DNA of 64,000 nt from Myxococcota bacterium (GTDB taxonomy: Bacteria; Myxococcota_A; UBA9160; UBA6930). The stretch covers positions 2,304,001-2,368,000 of the forward strand of contig OZ245015.1 in the NCBI GenBank assembly GCA_965223705.1, in the 5' to 3' direction. Below are positions 10,174-17,393 of this stretch, piece by piece (positions within the stretch are counted from its first letter, which is position 1; each line of letters opens with the position of its first letter). Below the pieces are notes generated by a model. The model did no database searches. It saw only the letters and a program-made list of their open reading frames with translations, and was not told where the DNA came from. Made by a program: the position numbers and the translations under genes.

Positions 10174-10291
10174 GGCCGCGGCAAGTGGGGGCACCGTGCT
10201 CAAACATTCTCGCGCCGACTGGGTGATGAGAGCGCTCGCACACCTAGGCGGCGCTGCGAAACTGCGCGCGGTACCCCTACCTGCCGCGGCC
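10174..10291. other. Rod-shaped intergenic inverted-repeat structure (candidate structured RNA or repeat element)
   Basis: Outer arms 10174-10199 and 10266-10291 (22 of 26 Watson-Crick pairs), 12/11-nt internal bubble, inner stem 10212-10230 with 10235-10254, AGCG loop; lies between two convergent genes. Confidence 0.5.
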
Positions 10292-10319
10292 TCGCGACAC
10301 CCAGCCCATCCGCTAGGCG

Positions 10320-10931
10320 TTAGACGCCCCACCCCTTCAGAACTTCTTCGTGGCCGACGACCCAGCCGAAGCGGGTGCCGAAGGTCTCGAGCGCCCAGTG
10401 GTGGCGCTCGGGCGCGATCTCGCCGGTCGCGTCGGAGACGATGACGGTTCGGTAGTCGCGCTGGGACGCGTCGCGCGCCGTTGTCTCGACGCAGATGTTG
10501 GTCGTGACACCACAGATGACGAGGTTCCGAACGTCTTGTGCACTCAAGATCGACGCGAGAGGCGTGCCGTAGAACGCGCTGTAGCGATTCTTGTCGATCA
10601 CGAAGTCGTCGGGGCGTGGTGTGAGCTCGGGAATGAGTTCGATATCCGGAGTGCCCGCCGCACAGCACCGCGCTTCGACGAATGCGGGAATGATCTCGTC
10701 GGTCAACACGCCGCCGTCGAGGTAGTCGGCGCGCCACACGAGCCGCGTATAAATCACCGGAACGCCCGCCTTATGGGCACCCTCGACCAGCCGAACACAC
10801 GGGTCGATCGCAGCTCGACACATGGCGATGTCAAACCCCGCGCGCGCCGAGGACCCTTCGGGATCGCAGAATCCGTGCTGCATATCCACGACGATGAGCG
10901 CGCTGCGCTCGACTTGAATCGGTGCGTCCAT
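10320..10931 (-). CDS. Isochorismatase-family cysteine hydrolase (RutB-like amidohydrolase)
   Basis: ALIVVDMQHGF (Asp), DKNRYSAFYGT (Lys), GVTTNICVETTARDA (Cys) triad. Confidence 0.9.
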   Translation of the reverse strand: MDAPIQVERSALIVVDMQHGFCDPEGSSARAGFDIAMCRAAIDPCVRLVEGAHKAGVPVIYTRLVWRADYLDGGVLTDEIIPAFVEARCCAAGTPDIELIPELTPRPDDFVIDKNRYSAFYGTPLASILSAQDVRNLVICGVTTNICVETTARDASQRDYRTVIVSDATGEIAPERHHWALETFGTRFGWVVGHEEVLKGWGV

Positions 10932-12454
10932 CAGCTGTCCCTCGAGAGTTCGGCGACGGCCTGCTCACGCAGCACGCGCCGCAACATTTTTCCGGTCGGG
11001 TTGCGCGGCAACTGCGGCACAAAGAGGAAGTTCTTGGGAACTTTGAAGGGAGCGAGGCCGTCGCGACAGTGCCGATCGAGAGCTTCCGAGTCGAGCGTGC
11101 CCTCGCTGACGATGCACGCCACGACGCGCTCACCCCAGCGCTCGTCGGGAATACCGACGACGGCGCTCTCGATGACGCCGGGGAACTCCGAGATTCTCGC
11201 CTCGATCTCCGCGGGGATGATGTTCACGCCCCCCGAAAGGATCATGTCTTTGCTTCGACCCACGATATAGAGGTAGCCCTCGTCGTCGATGCGCCCGAGG
11301 TCTCCGGCCGTGAGCCACTCGCCGCGGCGGATCGCGGCAGTCGCTTCGTCCTGCTTCCAATAGCCGTTGAAGTGATAGGGCGACCGCGTGTAGAGCTCGC
11401 CGGTTTCGCCGTCTGGAAGACGCTTGCCCGCCTCGTCGAAGATGCCGATCTCCGTCCATGGGAACGGCAAGCCGACGCAATCGGTTTTCCGCAGCTGATC
11501 GGGCGGCCGAAGATTCGAGACGATCCCTCCCTCGGTCGAACCGTACGCCTCAAAGAGTCGCCCTGGGCCCCACTGTGCGACGATGCGTTCCTTGTCGCGT
11601 TGCGGGAGGGGCGCTGCGTTGGAAATGATCACGCGAAGATCACTCAGCGGATAGCGATCGAGGGTCGCTTTCGGCAGAGCGAACAGAGCACTGACGTGAG
11701 TGGGTACCACGAACACGTTGCTCGCACGCGTTGACTCGAGGGTTTGCAGAAGGCCTTCGGGCTCGAATTTGGGCGTGATCGTGACGGTGCCGCCGAACAG
11801 CAGTGGCGCCACGCCATAAGCGAAGCCGCCTCCGTGATAGAGCGGTGCCGTCGCCACCGTGTGGTCGGATGGCCCGAAACAGCCGTACTCCCCCGCCATC
11901 GCCATAAACGTGAGGGTCCGCGAGCGGTGCGAGAGCATCACGCCCTTCGGTTTTCCGGTGGTGCCCGACGTGTAGGAGATCGCGAAGGTGCTTTCTTCCG
12001 AAACGTCGGGCAGCGCGGCTGTCGCGCTCGCCTTCTCGCGCCATGCGTCGTAGGTCGACCCGATCACGAAGACACGCTCGGGATCGATCCCGCCCGCCTC
12101 GCGCGCGGTCTCCTCGCAGGTAGGGTGGACAAAGAGCGCGTGTGAATCGCTGTCTTCGAGGATGGCACGCAACTCGGGCGACGTGAGATGCGGATTGGCG
12201 GTCACCACCGCCAGGCCGGCGCCGGACAAACCCGCAACGAGCTCAACGTACTCGAGGCAATTCGGTGCGAGCAGCGTGACATGGCTACCGGGGCTGAGGC
12301 TTAGCGCGCCCGCTGCTGCGGCGACGCGCCGGATGCGTTCGCCGAGTTGCCCGTAGCGGAGCGACTCACCCTCACAAACAATCGCCAGGTGTTCCGGGTC
12401 TCGACCGGCCGCGCGCAACAGCCCGTTCGGCAGTGTGAGACCGGCTGCATTCAC
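10931..12454 (-). CDS. Acyl-CoA synthetase (AMP-binding, class I adenylate-forming)
   Basis: YTSGTTGKPKG P-loop, YGSTEGG, AGDLG, GRSKDMILSGG, PRNPTGK; start re-assigned to GTG 12454 overlapping the upstream stop. Confidence 0.9.
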   Translation of the reverse strand: MNAAGLTLPNGLLRAAGRDPEHLAIVCEGESLRYGQLGERIRRVAAAAGALSLSPGSHVTLLAPNCLEYVELVAGLSGAGLAVVTANPHLTSPELRAILEDSDSHALFVHPTCEETAREAGGIDPERVFVIGSTYDAWREKASATAALPDVSEESTFAISYTSGTTGKPKGVMLSHRSRTLTFMAMAGEYGCFGPSDHTVATAPLYHGGGFAYGVAPLLFGGTVTITPKFEPEGLLQTLESTRASNVFVVPTHVSALFALPKATLDRYPLSDLRVIISNAAPLPQRDKERIVAQWGPGRLFEAYGSTEGGIVSNLRPPDQLRKTDCVGLPFPWTEIGIFDEAGKRLPDGETGELYTRSPYHFNGYWKQDEATAAIRRGEWLTAGDLGRIDDEGYLYIVGRSKDMILSGGVNIIPAEIEARISEFPGVIESAVVGIPDERWGERVVACIVSEGTLDSEALDRHCRDGLAPFKVPKNFLFVPQLPRNPTGKMLRRVLREQAVAELSRDS

Positions 12455-13104
12455 CGAATGCCCCGGGTGTTGTCGCCGGGCGGGTCGTTCGGGCCTTCCC
12501 GCCAACCGAAGGCGAGCTCGCGCCAGAGGTCGCGGTAGTCGTAGTCGGTGTTGAGCGCGAGGTTCAGGCGGTTGTAGGACGCGAAGTCGCTGACGACGTG
12601 GGTCAGCTGAACGATCCCTCGATCTCCGAGACCGATTCCACGGAGTGCCTCGACCTCTGCGTCGGTCACGGACGCCGGGTCCTCATTCACGTGCAGTGCG
12701 TAGCCAAGGATTGCCTTGAGCCGCGGGTCGTCGACGGCATCGCTTCCCTTGGAAACGAAATCTCGCACCGTCGTCTCCGGTGTGCCCATGCCGTAGCTGA
12801 GAATCGTGCAGAATGCGGCTGTGCAATACGGGCAGCCGTTCGCTTGGGAGACGGCGATTCCCACGTGCTGGATCTCCGCGAGTGTGAGCTCACCCGCGGA
12901 CCAGAGGACGCGTGTGGCGCCGAGCTTGGCCTTGAGGAACTCCGGGAAGTTCAACTCCACCCGGAAGTGGTTGGGCACCGCGCCCTCCATCTCCGTAACC
13001 CACTCGAAGATGGCGCGGATCTCGGGATCGTCGGTGTCTGCGTCGGGCAGTGCCACGCGCGCTTTTCGGTCCTGCTGATCGGCTGCCAACGGGTGTTCCT
13101 CCAA
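12451..13104 (-). CDS. AhpD/carboxymuconolactone decarboxylase-family peroxidase-related protein
   Basis: VSQANGCPYC CxxC motif, GAVPN, YNRLNLAL. Confidence 0.8.
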   Translation of the reverse strand: MEEHPLAADQQDRKARVALPDADTDDPEIRAIFEWVTEMEGAVPNHFRVELNFPEFLKAKLGATRVLWSAGELTLAEIQHVGIAVSQANGCPYCTAAFCTILSYGMGTPETTVRDFVSKGSDAVDDPRLKAILGYALHVNEDPASVTDAEVEALRGIGLGDRGIVQLTHVVSDFASYNRLNLALNTDYDYRDLWRELAFGWREGPNDPPGDNTRGIR

Positions 13105-13107
13105 AGA

Positions 13108-13953
13108 CTAGTCGCGCGCAGCGACCCACTCGAGCATTTCCTGGAACTTCGCGGCGCCGTCCGCCAGCGTGGCCTTCAAATCGGTCAGCTCTTGGTAGAA
13201 CGTCGCGTCGGACGCTTCTTCCAAGGCAAGGCCCTCGGCGTACGTTCCCAAGGCGCCGCCGTCGATCAAGCTTTTGTACCGCTTCACCATCATCGGGTGG
13301 TTGCGCGACATCATGCGCGCGATCTCGACGCTCTCGCGATCGAGGGTTTCGTTGTCTGGGAATACCTGCTGTACGAGTCCCCATGTGAGCGCTAGGTCCG
13401 CTTCGATCGGAAAAGAACTCATGGTGGCGAATTTCGCATTGTTGACGCCGCAGAGATGAATCAAGCGCTGGGACAACCGGCGGCCCGGATGAACGCCGTA
13501 CTTCGCATGGTTGTCCATGAAGACGGCGCGTTCCGAAGCGAGCAAGACGTCGCAGGCCGTCGCGAGCTCGAACCCGCCGGTTACCGCGGGCCCGCCCACT
13601 GCGCCAATCACGGGGAACGGGCATTCCCAGATGGCTCGCCACGGGTCGTTCTTTCCCGACACACCGCCGGCAAAGTATTCGTCGAGGTTGCCGACGTCGA
13701 GGCCGACGGCGAAGCCACGGCCTTCGCCGCGTAATACGATGGCGCGTACTTCGTCGTTGTTCGGGTCGGGGTCGAGCCGATCGCTCAGCGCGTTGAAGGC
13801 CTGCGCCGTGGCCTGCATCAAGGCGACGCTCATCGTGTTGAAGGTGTCGGGGTTGTTCAGCGTGACGACGTAGATGCCTTCATCGCCATCGATCCGGTCC
13901 ACGAGCACGTCGTCATTCGGGCCGTAAACCGCCACCCGAGTTCGGTCCGCCAT
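13108..13953 (-). CDS. Enoyl-CoA hydratase/crotonase-family protein
   Basis: VTLNNPDTFN, FAVGLDV, PVIGAVGGPAVTGGFELATACD, ALTWGLV; start ATG 13953 (or GTG 13962). Confidence 0.85.
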   Translation of the reverse strand: MADRTRVAVYGPNDDVLVDRIDGDEGIYVVTLNNPDTFNTMSVALMQATAQAFNALSDRLDPDPNNDEVRAIVLRGEGRGFAVGLDVGNLDEYFAGGVSGKNDPWRAIWECPFPVIGAVGGPAVTGGFELATACDVLLASERAVFMDNHAKYGVHPGRRLSQRLIHLCGVNNAKFATMSSFPIEADLALTWGLVQQVFPDNETLDRESVEIARMMSRNHPMMVKRYKSLIDGGALGTYAEGLALEEASDATFYQELTDLKATLADGAAKFQEMLEWVAARD

Positions 13954-14004
13954 GAGGGGCACCTCCGTTCACTCGAAGCGAAGCTTAGCGTCGCTCGGGC
14001 CCCT

Positions 14005-14045
14005 AAAAACGCAAACAGCCGGAGCTGGGAACCAGCTCCGGCTGT
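14005..14045 (-). terminator. Intrinsic terminator after the secreted-protein gene 14088-14624
   Basis: Perfect 14-bp stem ACAGCCGGAGCTGG/CCAGCTCCGGCTGT (14015-14045) followed on the minus strand by TTGCGTTTTT. Confidence 0.8.
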
Positions 14046-14087
14046 CGATGTCGAAGGTCGCGCCGAGGGGCGCGATGAACTGTGGCG

Positions 14088-14624
14088 TTAGTCCGGGATT
14101 GCGTAAGCGCACACGCCCTTGTTGATCATCCGTACGACTGCGTTTTGGTGGTCGGGGTTGCTCGTGAAGTCGTTGTCCTGGAACTTCACCAGCACCTCGG
14201 GCATACCGCCCTGGAAGCCCGAGCGGATGATCAGACTCGAGGTTTCGTCGCAGAGCCAATTCGGCTCGGTGGAGTTGTTGAGACCCTTGAACCCCATGGT
14301 CGCAGTGCAGATGTGATTCTGCTTGATCGAGCTAAACGACTGATAGCTGAGAACTTTTTGACCGTACGGCGGGACGACAAACGAATCGTAGGCCACCGGG
14401 GTTTCCGTCTCGGTATTGATAATCGTCAGATTCGTTTGGACCGCGTAGTAGCCGGGATTGGTCACGATGCACTGACCCGTGCCGATGTAGTCAAGCTGCA
14501 ACGGGTGCGTGGCTAGTATGGGAGTCTGGAAAAAATACTCGGCCGATGCCGGCATTCCGAACAGGAACGCCGCTGCGAACAAAGCCGCTAAAAATCGCTT
14601 GCGCATATCTTTCGTCCAATTCAT
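14088..14624 (-). CDS. Secreted hypothetical protein, paralog 2 of the collagen locus
   Basis: Signal peptide MRKRFLAALFAAAFLFGMPASA; aligns with 15892-16392 (TP-L-T-L-L-YIG-QCI-N-G, L-IIN-T-T-VA, VP-GQ-VLSYQ, NH-C, IN-G); 4 Cys in the mature part; the homologous start is 14606. Confidence 0.8.
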   Translation of the reverse strand: MNWTKDMRKRFLAALFAAAFLFGMPASAEYFFQTPILATHPLQLDYIGTGQCIVTNPGYYAVQTNLTIINTETETPVAYDSFVVPPYGQKVLSYQSFSSIKQNHICTATMGFKGLNNSTEPNWLCDETSSLIIRSGFQGGMPEVLVKFQDNDFTSNPDHQNAVVRMINKGVCAYAIPD

Positions 14625-14729
14625 TGGGTCCTCCTTTCACCCTCCGCACGTAGTTGTATCACACCGGCAAAAAGCCGTGTAAGAAACCGATGACGTTTTG
14701 TGATAATTCGCCCTGCCCCGAGGGGGCAG
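14625..14729 (-). promoter_or_regulatory. Duplicated promoter/leader, copy 2, with GC palindromic operator
   Basis: TGGGTCCTCC, TCACCCTCC and CGTAGTTGTATCACACCG blocks match 16411-16452 at a constant offset of 1786; palindrome CTGCCCC-GAG-GGGGCAG at 14713-14729. Confidence 0.7.
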
Positions 14730-14788
14730 TCGCTCCTCCAGATGGGTCTGGCGTACTTCGTCCCCGTGGCGACCTCGCGCGACCGGGT

Positions 14789-15382
14789 TCACGATGGACT
14801 CGGACGGCGCCCGAGGATCCAGGAGACGCACGACTTCCGGACGCCCCGGGTTATCGGGGTCACCTGGTGGAAGAGGTGCGAGGGAAAGACGACGACACTG
14901 CCCTGCCTGCGCGCCGGAGAGAGCTCGTAGGGATTGCCTTCAGCATCGGAGATCATGAGCAGCCCGCCCTCGTACGATTCCGGGTCGGAGAGGGAGAGAG
15001 TGCTACTCACGACGCGGGTCAGCCCCTGCTCCGAACCCGGGTCGACCGTATCATGATCGTCGTCCGCTGAATCGCGGTGCCACCCATAGAACTCGCCTTC
15101 ACCGTAACAGCCGTACTGAACGCCTTGGGAAACCTCGACTTCGAGCTGCCAATATTCACGATTCGCCATGGCGGCGTAGTGAGTCATCAAGCCGTTCACC
15201 CAGTGCCAGACGTCCCAGAACGCCACACTCGCGTCGCGAAGCTCGGTGTCGACGGTGTACCCGCTCTCGCGTCCGACGGTGCCCCGGGCGGCCTCCATGG
15301 CATCGCCCTCTTCGACGATCACGTCGCAGACTTTCGCGGGAATGACGCCGTCGAAGATGTGGTAGAGCGGGAGTTGACGCAT
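14789..15382 (-). CDS. 2OG-Fe(II) dioxygenase, prolyl-hydroxylase-like (PKHD/2OG-FeII_Oxy_3 type), no signal peptide
   Basis: YGWHRD (HxD), YEGG, GSVVVFPSHLFHQVTPITRGVRKS (distal His plus R-x-S 2OG binding). Confidence 0.9.
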   Translation of the reverse strand: MRQLPLYHIFDGVIPAKVCDVIVEEGDAMEAARGTVGRESGYTVDTELRDASVAFWDVWHWVNGLMTHYAAMANREYWQLEVEVSQGVQYGCYGEGEFYGWHRDSADDDHDTVDPGSEQGLTRVVSSTLSLSDPESYEGGLLMISDAEGNPYELSPARRQGSVVVFPSHLFHQVTPITRGVRKSCVSWILGRRPSPS

Positions 15383-15424
15383 GAGGTTCCGTACCCCCCA
15401 AGTTTAGCCCCGGTCTTACCCCGG

Positions 15425-15493
15425 TCGTTTCGCAGGCCGCGAAACGAAAACCGCCGGGGCGCCTTGCAGCAGCCCCGGCGGTCTTCGTTTCGC
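15425..15493 (-). terminator. Strong hairpin terminator/attenuator between the collagen gene and the oxygenase
   Basis: 22-nt arms 15439-15460 and 15472-15493 (1 mismatch); the minus strand reads GC stem then TTTTCGTTTC; alternative 9-bp pairing of 15425-15433 with 15439-15447. Confidence 0.75.
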
Positions 15494-15883
15494 CTATTCC
15501 GGGAACCCGGGTTCGCCGGGCGGGCCCGGAGGACCGGGCGGGCCGGGATCACCCGGGTCTCCCTTCGGACCCGGCGGACCAGCCGGGCCGGGGATCCCGG
15601 GATTTCCCGGGTCTCCCTTCGGCCCGGGGTCGCCCGGTAGTCCCGGCTTGCCGGGAAGGCCCGGCTTACCCGGCTGACCGGCCGGCACCTGGGGCCACCA
15701 CGCGTTGCCCGCGCGGGCCGGTTTGGAGGAAAGCGCAATCGCTGCGGAAACGATCGGCGTCACCCACATCGATCCGATCACGCCGGTGGCGAGAATCCCC
15801 GACACCTTGCGGCGCGTCATGCGCTGTTCGCCGGTCGCGTCTTCCTGCTTCAACTCGTCGACTCGGTGGTCTTTGTCACGCAT
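15494..15883 (-). CDS. Small exported collagen-like protein (Tat-like leader plus 20 Gly-X-Y triplets)
   Basis: TRRKV twin-Arg, hydrophobic stretch with WVTPIV, PARA-G cleavage-like site, then an uninterrupted [60 protein letters not shown]. Confidence 0.9.
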   Translation of the reverse strand: MRDKDHRVDELKQEDATGEQRMTRRKVSGILATGVIGSMWVTPIVSAAIALSSKPARAGNAWWPQVPAGQPGKPGLPGKPGLPGDPGPKGDPGNPGIPGPAGPPGPKGDPGDPGPPGPPGPPGEPGFPE

Positions 15884-15891
15884 AGACCGAC

Positions 15892-16392
15892 CTACGCGTC
15901 ACATCGCGGGAAGATGCCCTGGTTGATCAAGTTCCCGAGACCGTCGGTACGGATCGGGTCATTCGTGTAGAGATTGTTCCAGAACTGCAGCCGAATTGGA
16001 GCGAGTGCCGAGGGCACCATGGGCACTTCGTAGGGCCCCGGGACGCAGTCGCCATTCGTCTCCGTGTTGTTCGTCTGCGGCGAGGCCACGCAGAAGTGAT
16101 TCACGAGCTGCGCGGTCAGTGCCTGGTAGGAGAGAACCGCTTGGCCATGGCCCGGGACGAGCACGTCGTCGCTGGCGACGACGGTGTTGGTGACCGCATT
16201 GATGATCGCCAAGTGGGTGGCAACCGGGCTTATGCCGCCGTTGTTCGCGATGCACTGTGAGATGCCGATGTAGTTCAAGGGGAGCACACCGGTAACCAGT
16301 GCAGGCGTCTCGTAGACGGTGTTCGTGGCCGCCGCCGACATTCCCATCAAGAGGAGCGCCGCACACGCGACGCCTGAGATTCGTTTGAGCAT
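15892..16392 (-). CDS. Secreted hypothetical protein, paralog 1 of the collagen locus
   Basis: Signal peptide [22 protein letters not shown]; beta-rich, 4 Cys in the mature part; paralog of 14088-14624; ends 8 bp before the collagen start. Confidence 0.8.
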   Translation of the reverse strand: MLKRISGVACAALLLMGMSAAATNTVYETPALVTGVLPLNYIGISQCIANNGGISPVATHLAIINAVTNTVVASDDVLVPGHGQAVLSYQALTAQLVNHFCVASPQTNNTETNGDCVPGPYEVPMVPSALAPIRLQFWNNLYTNDPIRTDGLGNLINQGIFPRCDA

Positions 16393-16410
16393 CCTTTGTT
16401 CCGATCCTGC

Positions 16411-16517
16411 TGGGTCCTCCCCTCACCCTCCCGGCGTAGTTGTATCACACCGCCTAAAGGCAGTGGGAGAAAGCCGTGTCATCTCAGCGGCGTTTTTGAG
16501 CGCCCCCCTAGGGGGGC
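16411..16517 (-). promoter_or_regulatory. Duplicated promoter/leader, copy 1, with perfect GC palindrome
   Basis: Same blocks as 14625-14666; the minus strand reads GGTGTGATACAACT (extended -10-like); 16-bp palindrome GCCCCCCTAGGGGGGC at 16502-16517. Confidence 0.7.
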
Positions 16518-16521
16518 AACC

Positions 16522-17319
16522 CTACGCGTCGAGTTCCTTCAGGAACGAACGCAGGTCGTTGTTGAAATCCGCCGGGCGCTCGAGCTGATAGAAATGCCCG
16601 ACATCTTCGACCACCTTGATCCTGGCGCCCGGAATGTTGTCGGCGAGGAACTGGTTGGCTTCGAGGGGCGTCGCCTGATCTTCAGCGCCCGCGATCACGA
16701 GGGTCGGCTTCGTGATCTCGCCGAGACGATCGCTGATGTTCCAGTTGAAGACGCCGCTCGGGTCTCCCGCCGATCCGCCGAAGGTGGCTTCGGTGAAGTT
16801 GTCGTCGACCATGAAGTAGCCGACCAACAAGTCCATCAGCTCGGGCTTCTGCTGCTTGCTCTTGGCGGAGAGCGCTCCTTCGAGCAGGCCCGCGAAAGCG
16901 CCGCGCCAGTCCTGCGCGAAGGCTTCTCCGGCTTCCGGCGGCATCCCCGCCGCGAGGTTCGTGCCACTGCTCAGAATGAGCGTGCCGCGGACGCGCTCAG
17001 GCGCGTCGAGATTGACCTGCATGGCGATCATGCCACCGATCGAGTTGCCGACGAGGACGGCTTGATCGATGCCCGCATCGTCGAGCACGGCGACGACGTC
17101 GGCCGCTTGCTCCTCGATCGCGAAACCCGCGGCGGGCTTGTCCGAGCGCCCGTGGCCGCGGTGGTCAATGATGATGCACTGATGTTGTTGCGCGAATGCG
17201 AAGGTCTGGAAGTGCCAGATGTTGGCGTTCGTCGAAAACGGGTGAAGGAACACGATGGGTGAGCCTTGACCGTAGGACTCGTAGTAAACCTGGACGTCGT
17301 TTCGCTTTACGTAGGGCAT
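16522..17319 (-). CDS. Alpha/beta hydrolase (enol-lactone hydrolase-like)
   Basis: DHRGHGRSD, GNSIGG nucleophile elbow, GAEDQATP (Asp), GHFYQLE (His). Confidence 0.9.
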   Translation of the reverse strand: MPYVKRNDVQVYYESYGQGSPIVFLHPFSTNANIWHFQTFAFAQQHQCIIIDHRGHGRSDKPAAGFAIEEQAADVVAVLDDAGIDQAVLVGNSIGGMIAMQVNLDAPERVRGTLILSSGTNLAAGMPPEAGEAFAQDWRGAFAGLLEGALSAKSKQQKPELMDLLVGYFMVDDNFTEATFGGSAGDPSGVFNWNISDRLGEITKPTLVIAGAEDQATPLEANQFLADNIPGARIKVVEDVGHFYQLERPADFNNDLRSFLKELDA

Positions 17320-17393
17320 GGAAGTCTCCTCAGTGGGTTGACGGGTAGGCGGAAGGGTATCAGGTCCGAGCTCTCGGGCGGAGGTGTCTTCTC

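Noticed and set aside
10174..10291. SRP (4.5S) RNA, tRNA or canonical 6S RNA assignment
   Set aside because: No CAGG..GGAA..AGCAG SRP motif, no cloverleaf or T-loop, and shorter than typical 6S RNA; left unassigned
15494..15680. GC-rich short repeats resembling a CRISPR or tandem repeat array
   Set aside because: The repeats are 9-nt-periodic codons of Gly-X-Pro with no repeat-spacer structure, and there are no cas genes
14005..16517. Collagen locus as a prophage remnant or mobile island (phage tail fibres have collagen repeats and phages carry 2OG oxygenases)
   Set aside because: No integrase, att repeats or phage structural genes are visible, and the proteins carry export signals; horizontal origin cannot be excluded
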